Part shown: piece after piece, positions 13,852 through 26,541 of the stretch
Layout of the letters: each line of letters begins with the position of its first letter
How positions within the stretch are numbered: the stretch's first letter is position 1
Assembly (NCBI GenBank): GCA_002633005.1
Contig: NMRA01000031.1
Location: forward strand, 210,888 to 274,887
DNA length: 64,000 nucleotides
From: Phoronis australis
Taxonomy: Eukaryota > Animalia > Phoronida
Direction of reading: 5' to 3'
Notes under the pieces: model-generated
Told to the model about the DNA's origin: nothing
The model's input: only the letters and a program-made list of their open reading frames with translations
Databases searched by the model: none
Translations under genes and position numbers: made by a program

Positions 13852-15843
13852 ATCTAGCAGAACTGATATTGTCTTTTTCTTTGAAATTTAAACTTAGATA
13901 TTTTTTGAAATCTTGCAACATTGTATAGCTTTTGATTGTTTACATCCGTCGATGCCAGTTTTGCATTTGCCCCTTTTGTGACCTGCTGTCATGATCAGAC
14001 AGTGTAACTTCAACCAGTGCAGCCGTTTGAACAAGGTCACTGCTTTGATACAGTATTGTTTTTTAAAAATATTTAATTAGATTACTTAAAGTTCTATGGT
14101 TCTGTCTCTCGAGAATTATCCGACAGTCTATGGTTGAGTATTTAATTAGTGAATTGTGGACGATCAGAAGCTGCGGACGCCTTTGGGTTGAGTTCGTTGG
14201 AACACAATTTCTTGACTTCTGGGATAACATGTTTCATTTTCTAGTTTCATTTTCTTAGAAATTTTGTGTACTATGATAAGTTTCAGAAAGCTTCAGAACA
14301 AAATAAAAGGTGTGTGCCCCTTTTTATGACATTAACGGAGGGCCCGAGGGGACCAATAGGCAATAGAATTTCAAATTTTGAGAAAGCTGGGAACATATTG
14401 CAGAATTCTTTTGAAGTTACTAAAGAAAATCAAAAAGTATTTATATTTATTAGATGATAAATCCAAAATATGCTTGACATATGACAAAAATAACACTTTT
14501 TTGTATTTTGGGGTAAGTCCAAAAAAGCTGACCCACCTTGTGTAACAGGTGACATTTTTGTCACTTTGACAAATTTGGATATTTCACCATTAAAACTCAC
14601 TCACTTTGTTTCTATGAGTATAACTCTGCGAGTCATACAGTTTGTCACGAGAAGAGTCATACAATTTATAAATAGTACGTTTGAAGAATAAAAATGCTGA
14701 AATGCGATTGTGGTTCACTGTACACAGACTGCACTAAATAGAATGACAACAATGCACATTGTCTCAACTAGGTTGCATAAGCACTAGTGGCATAATGGAT
14801 GTGGTAGGATTAAATATTTTTTTGTAGTTTTTCATATTTTCATGCCAGTTGTAAACATGGTGACTTTTTGGTTGGGACCCATAAACATCCCACATGGGAC
14901 GTCACATAGGCTAGTAACTTGGCGCCCCATGTGAGGGTAACTTTTTGAATTCATTTCTTTACCAAAGGCTTTTCTTCATGTATTACAAGCTCTAAGTAGG
15001 ATTTATTTTGGAAACTAACGAGCTATATTTACTGTAGGTTTGTTGACCTCATTCCAAATTGTTTTTAATGAATTTTTTTGAAAAAATAAATAATGTTTTG
15101 CGTTTAAAACCTATGAGATAGCTTAGTACAGATGTATTACCTTTTCATAGAGGCTCTCATTAAAGTAATCGGTCTTAATTATGCTAACTATCCCAAAAAG
15201 TGCCTTTGTATCTATCATAATGACCCCCTAAAATAATGGATATCATCGCTTGTTTACATCTGAAGGCAATGTGACATCAACAGGCATGTTGGGTAATGTG
15301 TCTATATGTGGCTGGCCTATTTCTTAATACATGTTATGTATTCAGCGCCAGTTATGCAATGATTCAAATTACACAATAATGAAATTGCAACTTATTAAAT
15401 ACATAAACAATAAGAGAGACAAACTGTTGTAATTTGAAATTTGCGGTTGCATCGTTTCGGTGCAAAAAGTTTCAGACCGAACATGATTTGTTCCTGTGGT
15501 CAACTGGCGGTGTGTCGGTACCACTGTGGTTACAGCGCCATGTAGTGGTGTAACCAAGAGTCTTGTCATTTGCTGCCGAACAATCTTGGCTACATCTCTC
15601 TTGTGTTAAGGTATGGTTGTTCAAAATTGGTGAGGGGTGTTTGGAAATTTAAGACAAATAATGGTGCGAAAATGGGACCACTTGGCTGCGTCAGAGTTTG
15701 ACAAATTGAAACAATCTGCTTCCGCCCAATAATTTTCACTTTTCTGCAGCCGTGGTTACAATGATATTCTCAGGTGAGGAATGCTCGGTTGTGTGTGTGT
15801 TTATTGGTAGTATGCTTCCTTCATTGGCTGCACTTTGGTTTAG

Positions 15844-18800
15844 ATGGAAACTATGGAAGAAGCTACCAACAATGGGGTTCTCCCTACGAGTTCTGAAGAG
15901 GTGGTTTATGACAAGACAACTGAAGTTAAGGTCACCACCCCCTCCGACTACGCTCAGGTGCTGTTCAGTGGCATAGCTAAGACCTATCCTGTAGACGCCC
16001 ACATTGAGTGTAAATACACGATTACAACCTCACTTGTGCCCAGCAAGTGGGACTGGGTTGGCCTATACAAGGTAAGTTGTCATAGCAACAGATTATAAGA
16101 ACCGTAATTGTCATTGTTATTTTGATGGTAATAGTCTGGTTTTCTTTTTCCTAATGTTTTATTTTATCTGTCCACCACCCGTATAGCTGTATGACTAGAT
16201 CTTTGGGAGTACTCCGACATTTTGGATGTTTGGTAAGCAATGGTGTGTGAGAGAGCCATTACCCAAAGTGTTTCATTTGAACTCATTAAAGGGTTGTTAT
16301 CGCTTTTACAGATGAAAAATAAAATGCCTATTTGTAGTTACTGTTGAAGATACAAGAAACTTGAAACAAAGTCCGTTGTGTTTTGTTTTTGTGCTTTTAT
16401 TACAAATCACTGATTAGCACAGTTGTCTACCAGACATTGGCTGAAATCAAGACCAGTGTCTTTATGAGTTCAATAACTATGCCGAAGATACCCTGCCAGA
16501 TTCTGGATAGGATTTGACTTAAAACATTTGACAATGACCTCGGGAGTCAGTGTTCTGTGACCTCGGGAGTCAGAGTTCTTCGTTTGGCTGATATCTCACA
16601 GATAGTGTCCCTTTAACCTCTATAGCAAATAGTCCAATTTGATTCAAGTTTTTCTGTGTGTGGCCCTTCAGCCCATGTTGATGTCTTTAGCTTGAGGTGT
16701 TTGCATTGTCTAAACATCTGCAGGTGGGACTTTAACAAACCTAGTCAGGTGACAGTTTGATCTTGAGCACGAAATATTGATGTAATTGAAGTGTTGTGAA
16801 CCTTTCTCGTGCCTTCATATTTTTTACTGTTATTCAACTGATAAGCTGGCTCAGAACAAATAATACCAAGAAATTTGCCACATGATGCCACAATAATTTC
16901 ATCAATTTATCTGGTCATGAAATAACATCACTGACTGGATATAAGATTGTTTGACTGCCAATAGTGTTTGTGTGGCATCAGGATTTGTTAACAATCACCA
17001 AAAAATTGTCATTTATGCGGTGTTGTCGTCATGCCTTTTTCAAACGCATATTTTTATTGTCAATGATAGGTTGGTTGGACGTCACCCAAGGACAAAGTTC
17101 ACTATGAGTGGGCTGTCATACCAGCTGGATACGAGAGGGGTAAAGAGGTTGAATGCAGTATACTTTTTCATTGTGAGTTCAACATTTTTTGTTTCTTGTG
17201 TTTTCTGCATTTCTTGTATTAAGAATTCTTGCAATCGCCAATCCCAGTGTGTTTTAAGTGATTCGCTATTCTCATATTCCCAGTGGCGAACATTTGACAC
17301 AAAATTCAGTTGCTCTATGAGAGCATGAAGTTCAATATGGCTTGATTCATTCTAAAGTTAGTAGTCAAGACAGGCCAAGTTAATGAGGATGAAAACTTTT
17401 GTATATGTTGTCACAATAGCTTTTTGTGTGAGATCACGGTGTTGATATGTCATATTTCAATTGATCGCAGCCTTAGCAAAAATACGCTATTCGGTAAGAC
17501 AGCTATGGAAGTTCCATTTTGGGATTTGTTAAGTAAACCCTTGAACCAAACAGCTGTTGTGTCATTTTCAGCTTACAACTTGCCAAAAGATGACGGCGAG
17601 TTCTACCAGTTTTGTTACATCAACTCCAGCGGGCAGATGCGCGGCGCGAGCGTACCCTTCCAATTCCGCCATCCAGGGGCAGATGAACTGGTGGAATGCG
17701 AAGACGAAGACTTTGACTTGACGGTCATTAATACTAAAGCTAACGTACTGTTGGAGACGGTACAGCGTCTAGAGGATGAAAGGGAACAGCTTGTCAAGGT
17801 GTGTAGTATTGGCAATAATGGGGGATGACTGAAGGGCTGCAAAGTCATACATAACATTTAAGAGCTCGCCTCTTCGTTTTTTTACGGCTCTTGATTAGAA
17901 GAGATCAAAGCTGTCTGAGGGGTAATTACTTTTCAGGCAACTACATGCCTTTAGGTTGCCTTGCATTGATGTGTGAATGAGATTGGGTTCAATAATACTG
18001 GTTGTTCACCAGTGGAAGCATGTGAGATGATGTGCTTTACTTGTACTGAGTGTCAGTCCCGCGAGTCATAGTTAACGAATGCACCCATGTTTTACAGGTA
18101 TATGCGTGTTTCATTCGACAATATCCAGCTGTTGCTTTTGTCAAGATAATTTGATCATTTCCAGTCGTTTAATTCAGATGAAGAATGCTGTGACTTGCTA
18201 TACTAAGAAGAAATTTTGTGCACTTACATTTTTTGTTCTACATCATAACTTGGCTTTTGTGCTGGAATAATTTCATTCTTATGTATTTCGTTATTTCTCC
18301 TGGAATTGTTCGTGGAAAGTAGTCCATGTGTGTGTGTGTTTTTCTTTTCAGAAACAAGAAGCAATGGATGCAGACAGAAATGGTATTTTAACCAAGCTAG
18401 TAGAGACGACGGCACTTCTGGCAAAGGAGAATGAGTCTAAGGACCAGCTGAGCTTAAAAGTGAAGGTAAACGCATTGACAGGAATCATCTTGATAGTAAT
18501 TTCCTTTTACCGGCTTTCCGCAATGGTCGTCAGTTTCTGACTGGTGCACTAAGTATTGCCTAGTACCTTTTTGGGAAATGTTGCACCTTTCTAAAAATTT
18601 TTCGCTCTGATGGTTAACTCAGTAGCAATAGAAGTGAAAACATCTTTTTGTACTTACAAAGCTTTCTAATCCTGTAGAAGCTCAGTTTGTGATTCATACC
18701 ATTTCCTTCTCCACGTGACTCAATGTAAGTACTCGACATTGTTTAGTGTGTTTCTGCAGTTCTACAGGATTGGTCTTTCATTTTGAGCAGAGGGTTCTTG

Positions 18801-21800
18801 TTCAGGTCGAATCGCCATCTAATGAAGTCCAACAGAGTAGTTGTGATTTGGAAATTGGCTTACTTTTGAGGTCAGATTACTCATTTTTATGTGACACTGT
18901 TTGTCAATAGGTTAAAATACCTCAAAAACAAAGTTAATAACCCTCTCATTTTCCAATTTCATAGAGAAGAGTATGGCTATCGAAATGAAGCATGAAAGAA
19001 AAAATTACCTTTGTAACTTTGTGTAGAGGCCAAATTGTAAAAATTTTAGGTGCTCAAAATCATTTACTTGCGCCAACGTTAGAAAATCAGAAATGAAATT
19101 AAAGCCGTTAGGATAAAACAGCCATTGTTCAACGACATCCATTTTGAAAAGAATTTCAATTGTTAATTAAACTGAAGGTGGCTTTTTTGATTCGTGAAAA
19201 TTTAATTAGGGGGTTGTCACTGCATCAAGAAAGCTAATTCGGTGACCCCCACATTTTTGCAGATTTTTAGTAGGCAAAGACCAAAATAGAACATATAATT
19301 TTCAAAATTCAACAATAAATTAAGTCCTTAAATTAGTATATATAATGCCACTCCTGTGTAATATTCTGGTTAATCGAAGATATCAGAATTTCACTCAGCA
19401 TTATTTCTCCTTTCTTTATAGAACTACGAAGCTACAATTGACCAATTGAATGCCGAGGCTAAGGACATGGGCGTGGCCCATGACGTGTTACAAGAGAAGA
19501 TTGACACACTAAGCAAGGTGGGTGTGGCTACTGGACTTGAGATTCAGTTTTTGCCAACATTTAAATATTTCGATATTTCTTAACAGACTTGATGCCAATT
19601 TGTGCTGCCTGTGGAAGAAATGTCTCTTAGTGTCCTAAAGCGTGCAAATTACTGTCTCTGCCATTTTCAATCCAGTGATTTGGCTGGTGTGATTCTATTG
19701 TTGCTTTCAAGCCAGAAACTGTTGTGAAATGGAGCCACAGAATGATCTTAGAAGTAGCCAATTTTCAGTAATCATTAGAATACCCAAGTGACGAGAGGGT
19801 GTTACCTTATTTTTCCAGGAGAAGGAAAAGTTGCAGGGGACATTGGACGAGGCTGAACAACGAGTGAGTGAACTAGAGGGGGAGCTACGGTCTCTGAGGA
19901 ACACAGTGGATGAGAGTAGCGGCCGTGTACAGATGTTGGAGGAAGAGAAGGAACTGTTCAAGGTAGAGTAAGATTAGAAAACCAGTCCTGATTGGTAGAG
20001 ACTTGTAGTACTGTCTGCAGTCAGCTGTCAGTTACAGCTGCTATGGCCAATCAGCTGTGAGTCACAGCTACCGTGGCCAATCAGCTGTCAGTCATGGATA
20101 CTAACTGGGCAATCAGCTGTGAATGACAGCTACTCAAACCAATCAACTGTGAGTCTTAGATACTAACTGGCCAATCGGCATTGAATCACAGCTACTTTGA
20201 CCTATTAACAGTGTTTCACAGATGCTAGGGCCAATCAGCTGTTTTATAGTTAGTGGGGGACACTTACAATTTAGAGGTCAGATTCACAAGGTGTTGCAGG
20301 GAACAGCTAAAGTGTTAAAAGTACTGACGAACATGTTTACATCTGGTTATTGGATTGAGAGGTCTAGCTGAACGCTGGTATTAAGGGTTTTAAGAATGTT
20401 TTCAACTGTGTGTTGATTGTGGTCTATATTACTTTGCAGAACCACTTCACAACCTCAGAGGAGAAGATTGTAGCTTTTCAAACAGAAATCGAAAACCTCA
20501 AGAAACGAGCAACCACCGATGAGAAACTGACTGCTGACCAAAAGCAGCAACTGGCGAGTTTGGAGGGAGAGTTGAAAAAGGAAAGAAAGAGTCGCGAGCG
20601 CTTAACCAGCCTTCACGATGCTGACAAGGTAGGGGGGCTCTGTTGTGGTTTGAAATCACTCGACGTGTAAGTTGAGGTTTGAGTGAAGTGTTTTGTGGCA
20701 GATTAAGAGATGATAAGATTCCATTCAGAGATTTCATCTAGCATTAAATTAATAGAAGGATACTGGTGTAGAAATCTTCAGGGTCATGATTGATCTTGAT
20801 CACCGTGGAGATCCACCTGTTTCACTGAGTTGGGGATGGTTATGACAACCTCAAAGATAACTGATGTGGCTATTGTTTTCATTATTTAATCACTATTGTT
20901 TCTGAGTCCATTAGCATCTGCACTGGGGGTAATAGTTGAAGAATATCTCGGTTGTTTCTTGCAATTTTGAAAAGCAAGACCCAGTTGTCTGGGGTTTCAG
21001 ATGTAGTTTTGAAATACATTGAAACTACGAAAAGGTCTCCTACTTAAGATAACATATTCTAATTGCTATTTTACCGACCCTTGTGATGTGCGTGATATCT
21101 GTTTCAGTTCTTAGATACCTGTTTAGTTTCAAGACGATAAGACATCCATATGTCTTCCTCTGCGATTTATACTAGTTGCTTTTCGTATCCATGTTCCATT
21201 TGTCTACTTCATCAGGAAACCATTCAGAGTCTGACAGAGCGCTATCAGAACAGCCAGGATCAGTTGACTGCAATGGAAGACTGCAAAGCAATGCTCAACG
21301 ATCAGTTGAAGGCTTTGCAGGACTCACATGACCAGATGTCAAATACTATGGAGGTCTGTAAACACGCTTTCTGATATTCTGCTAACTCATTCTGTCTTGT
21401 TAAATATCAAGTTTAATCCACTGCTTTTTAAGTGATTAAGCGGGTCCACTTGCCTTCATTTGTATTGTTGGAATCAAAAGTCCGTTTTAATAACTAAATA
21501 GTCTTGACTTTATGACATTTTTGACTCGCACCACTACTAAGTAAAGGTGGTATTTTTTCCGATACTGAAGTCTCATTCGATACGTTTTTATTGTCAAAAA
21601 AGCCGTGCATGGTTAGTCACACTAGTGTAATTCAGTCCAAAATGTTTATATGTGCAATAATGCCCTGGTTAGTGGCCACAAGGCTGGTTCAGCTCACACA
21701 GGTTCAAGTCGCTCTCTCACAAGTGCAATAGATTGATGAATATGCTGCTACTGGTTTTTTAGAAGACTTCTGGAGTTTTTATCTAGAAGTGAACATTTGG

Positions 21801-24800
21801 CTTGCATTTGAATATGAATATTTATCAAAAATCATTGGAGATGTGTAGAATACCTTCATGCTACTTCATGTGAGTGTGTCTTGATAGTTCATTCGCCATT
21901 CGGAATATAGAAAATCAACCCATGACTGAAAATGGCTGAAAAGTGCTGTGCAATAATCTTAACTGTTCCAAGTTCTGGTGAATTTATCTGGGCTTCGATG
22001 AATATTGAGTGCTCGCTAAACACAGCTTGCTTTGCCGCATCGCATATCACGGTACGTGGCGGATTGATTGAAGTTTCGTTTGATTGGTCGATTGTAGAAA
22101 GCCAAGACGGAGGCGCACAGTTTGAAGGTTCGGCTGGCCAAGGCTGAAGAGAAACACAAGAAGGAGATGGAGACATTGCATGAGGATAGTAAGCAGCTGC
22201 AAGAGAAAAATGAACAGTTGGAGAAGGTGGGCGTCAATAGCATTTGGCTACAGTTGCTCTGAATTTTGATACCGAAAGTTCAATTCATTGCTGTTATTGT
22301 GAGGTCTTCCATTGTTATAAAAACTGCTTTAGCGCCTGGAGGGTCTATGTTCTTTTGTCTTGAGGGCAGTCTGTTTTAATTAATGATCAAGGTGGCGCTT
22401 TTTACATAGAACTATCTGAAGGATAAATTGCGCTTTGTGTCTTGGTCACAAGGGTTTGTGATTATAATAGAAAGTTATTGTATAAGTGCAGAGGTCTTTT
22501 CAACACGCAGTTACTTATTTGTCTCAGACAAAAGACCAGTTGGCTATTCAACTAAGTGAGCTCAAGCTGGCTACTGTGGACTGTGAGAAGACCCAACAGG
22601 GGTCGCTGTATGCCATGCGGGAGGCCTACAACAGTCTTAAGTCGCAGCATGCCGACTTGAAGAAAAGGTATAATGTGGTCAAGACAGAGGTGAAGGAGCT
22701 GAGGAAACTTTCACAGGTAGGTGTTGAGGTGCCTCACACGGGGCTGAGGAAACTAGAACGGGTGTGTCTATGCTGAGGTGCCTCACACAAGACTAAGGAA
22801 ACTAGCTCAAGTGGACTGAATTCTGACTAATGTTTAAGAGCAAACAGCAAAAACGGGCCATCTGGAAACCTCCCGTATTTTTTCATGATGTTTCATCTTC
22901 TACCTTCATTCAATGTTTTATTACGGGACCAGCCACATTGCTCTTGGCACATAAAATAATGAGTCCGTCAGTTTCTGCTTATTGATGTCAGTCTGAAGCA
23001 ACGATCTGTCTTTCATTTGTAAGCTAAGTGACAGTGAAATTGCCAAAGGTTCCCCATTATTTGAGATCTTTTTTTAGTGATGTATCCTAAAAAAATCACA
23101 GAATACAGTTGTTTAATAGTTGACTAATTGCAATGATATATTTTTGGCATGAATAATTTTGATAAATTTGATTAATAATTAATGACGTTACTGAATGTTT
23201 TCGCAACAGATGTGTTCAAGAACATGTTCCAATTGTGGTGGTATTATGTGACTCCCATTGTTGTTATCTCCCCTGACAGCGTCGTGGTGCCAGTCATGAG
23301 ATGAAGCGTGAAAACGAAGACATGCGTGAACGACTGGAGATGGCGAAAGACGAGTACGTGACCCTGTATCACAGACACAGGCGTACACAGCTGGAGCTGG
23401 AGCAGACCCGCCGTAGGCAATCGGGGGTCGCCAAGGTGTCAGAGGTCAAGCAGGGGTCAGCGCCTGCTGCTTCAGCCACTGACTCAGCTTCACAATGCAG
23501 TGGTAAATTTGTTTGCTGTATACCTAGCTACCATAATCTGTTTTTGTTTCATCTTGAATATTACTTCAATTTATGGCTGTGTTAGGTAATGTTAATTGTT
23601 ATTTGTAGTTGTTTCTGCGGCAGAAAATTTTTCAAACCGTGTGGGTACTACGGAAATGCAAACTGTACTGTGATTAGGTCAGTTAGGTTAAAGGTTAAAA
23701 TCAACACAGTTGTTGGTGTTACTGGCTAGTGTAGCTTAAGTGGAAATGTGCGTGTTGTTTCAGGGTCTACTGCTAAGGGCGTGTCAGTAGACGTGGCTGT
23801 GGAGAATTTAACCAGCGAGGAGCTGCAAACACAGTTGGACGAGGTGGCCGCAGAGCTTGAGGAGCGTCGAGCAAAGAACCGCAAGTATAAGAAACTGTAC
23901 CAGGACGAGTGCGAGAAGAACCGCTTGCTGCAGGCCCACTACCAGCAGGAGTACGCACAGTTCAAGGAGAAGTTGGCAGCAGCGCAGGCGGGCACAGACG
24001 CCACCAAGAAGGTAGGGTGTCGGAGGAGACTCGTAGGTGTCCAGTTATTTTTTTATGATTGGATGAGAGGAGATGCACCTGGAGGTCGTATCATCCTGCC
24101 ATTTTATTTCTACATGGATTTAAAACCATGCGAAGCAACACCTATACCCAAAAATTAAGTGCATGCACTTAACCATTAATGAATAAAATTTTGAGAGCTT
24201 AATGGTTGTGCGTGAAGTCGATGGTGATATCTATTTAATTAATAAAGCAATCTTTAGTTAACTGATCAATCAAAAATACTGTACTTGGACAAAGGATGTA
24301 GGACTATCTAAACTTGTCTAATTATAATAAATGGTACAAAATGTTATTTTCTTTCAAAATCAATGAAAAAACATTTTCTCTGTTAAGTACTGCCATTGAA
24401 AATGGAGGGACATGATGACATCGTTTGGTTCTTCCTTTATCCAGTCGGTTGTTGAACATTTTTGAAATGCTGATTGATTTCTCTTCATAGCCACATATTT
24501 TTTGGAGTCGACAGGATTTATGGGAAACTTGACCTTGACCTTTCAAGAGCTCGTTCCTTACCTAACTACTTATAACTTCTTGTTCCGTATTGGGGACAAT
24601 GGAAAGCAGATTCAAACACCAGCCATTACTGTCTTACGTTTATGTTTTATTTTACCCTTTGATTTACTGATGCCAGCACCAGGTGTCACCACAAGCATAG
24701 GGTTTAATAACTGATTTATTTGTTTAGTTCATATTTATGAAGGGGAAGTTAAACTATGCCTGAAAGTCCCAGACCTGGCTTCATTAATTTGTATGCTTGA

Positions 24801-26541
24801 ATGTGTGCTAATTTTCTTCAGAAATGCGAACGGAGTGAAGTTATCGTGGAGCAGCCACGCTATGCGAACCCCTACACAGTCAGTAAAGACTCGACTGCCC
24901 TTCCGCCAATAATCCAATATCCTCACAGTGAGGGGCAGTCATCTGTACCGCCTGTGAAGAACCGGTTCCCAAATCCGTATCTGTGCTCGGGTGTATCATC
25001 GAAGGAGGACACATCACCTGAGGAAGCCCCGCCCTCTTGCTCTGACCAGTGTTTCCTTGAAGCTGAGGAACCCGCCACTGTTCTAGAGGAACCTCTGAAG
25101 CCCCTGCCTGCCCCCATGCAGCCCCAAGTTCTGCCCTCTGCTAAACTTGCTGCAGTTAAACACGCCGTGGGCCTTGGACGTTGTGAGTTATAATATTAAC
25201 TTTTGAACTTTATGGAGGTGCGTCGTAATTTCGTAGAAGAACAGCATGTTTTGATGAGAGCTTGGCATCTGTTGTGTATTCTCAGGTTCTTGTGTTTTGA
25301 ACAAGTGGATCGTTCTATGGTTATTTTATGAAACAGTTAATATTCTTGTTCAATTTATGTTTGCAAACAATGTAAAGCTCCATTCCGCCCTGTCTAGCTG
25401 GCTAAAAACTCATTTCATCGGTCTCATAGTATTTCTTACAGTGATATGACTATATCATTAACCAATGACGAGATTAAAACAATCAGCAACTTATTGATTG
25501 AGATTTTGTTGGTGTAGGCCAACCAGAATGTTGCAAGTTCGAAAATGGTATATGTGCACATTCCTGTGACTTGATTTGGTAGGTCATTTGGCAACAATTC
25601 AAGATCAGATTAGTATGGTAATGTTTTTAAACCCTAGAAGTGTTTCAGTTGTGAATTCAACAGTAACAGCTAAATATGGGCAAAATCAAGGCTGAACTGT
25701 TTGCCGGCAAAAGTTTGCTTCAAAGTCGGAAGAAGAATTGCACTATTGCCTGCTCATTAAAACTAACTTTGAAATAAAAATTGTGTTTTTGTTGTTAGAG
25801 AGATCAACACGCAAGCTCCGACAATGGAACAATTTCGGCAAAGTTTTAATATGTAATTTTTAATATTTGTATTGATTTAACTTGTTCTCTCATGTTGTAT
25901 AGCATCCAGTGAGTCATCGGTTGAAAATGAAGACTTGACTGCCCAAGCCCTTGAGACTAAGGCGATTGCCAGGAGACCGCAGAGTGAAACTCCTGTAGAT
26001 CCCACACAGGCATCAGCACCACCTATGGAGGAGGCAGAGGAGGATAGGTGACTTGATATTTCCTTATATATAACCTTAATTGGCTTATAGCAACAGTAGT
26101 TCCAACGTCAACATGTCACCAGTTTGTAGATTCCTTCACAGTCAGATACAGAACAGTTGACAGATATGTTGTCTATGAGAAGTGCCCAGCCATCTTGGCA
26201 ATAGCAAAGGGCAGTCAGCTACCCAGCAAGGTACATGGTACGTTAGCTGTTCCCTAGATGTCGTGGCATTGCACGACAAAAACTGCAATTCCATTTGATT
26301 CTTCACCCATAGTCGTCTTTGTCCCTCTCACAGGTTCCACGATGCAGTTGGCGAGCCACAGCGTACATGTCCCGTCTGCAGCATGGCGTTCAGCCCTGAC
26401 TATGGAGACAAGCGCTACCAGGCTCACGTAACTAACCACTTTGTGTACACGTGTCCCATGTGTGACAAGGAGTTTGACAAAGAGAAAATGACGGAGGAAG
26501 AGTTTGAAGAGCACGTGCAGAAGCACCTGTCATACTCGTAG
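15844..26541 (+). CDS. TAX1BP1: TAX1BP1/CALCOCO (NDP52)-family selective autophagy receptor: SKICH domain, atypical LIR region, long coiled coil, two C-terminal UBZ zinc fingers; 913 aa
   Basis: 15 GT-AG phase-consistent exons: 15844-16071, 17070-17172, 17572-17798, 18352-18465, 19422-19517, 19819-19962, 20440-20628, 21216-21353, 22098-22226, 22528-22716, 23280-23502, 23764-24011, 24822-25182, 25903-26047, 26334-26541 (2742 nt, TAG). SKICH motifs DWVGLYKVGW and YNLPKDDGEFYQFCY...GASVPFQF; LIR-like DELVECEDEDFDLTVI; fingers CPVC...HVTNHF and CPMC...HVQKH. Confidence 0.92.
20018..20244 (+). repeat. 30/32-bp minisatellite with CCAAT, CAGCTG and TGAGTCA motifs
   Basis: CCAAT or variant at 20047, 20077, 20109, 20139, 20171, 20201, 20231. 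Confidence 0.85.
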
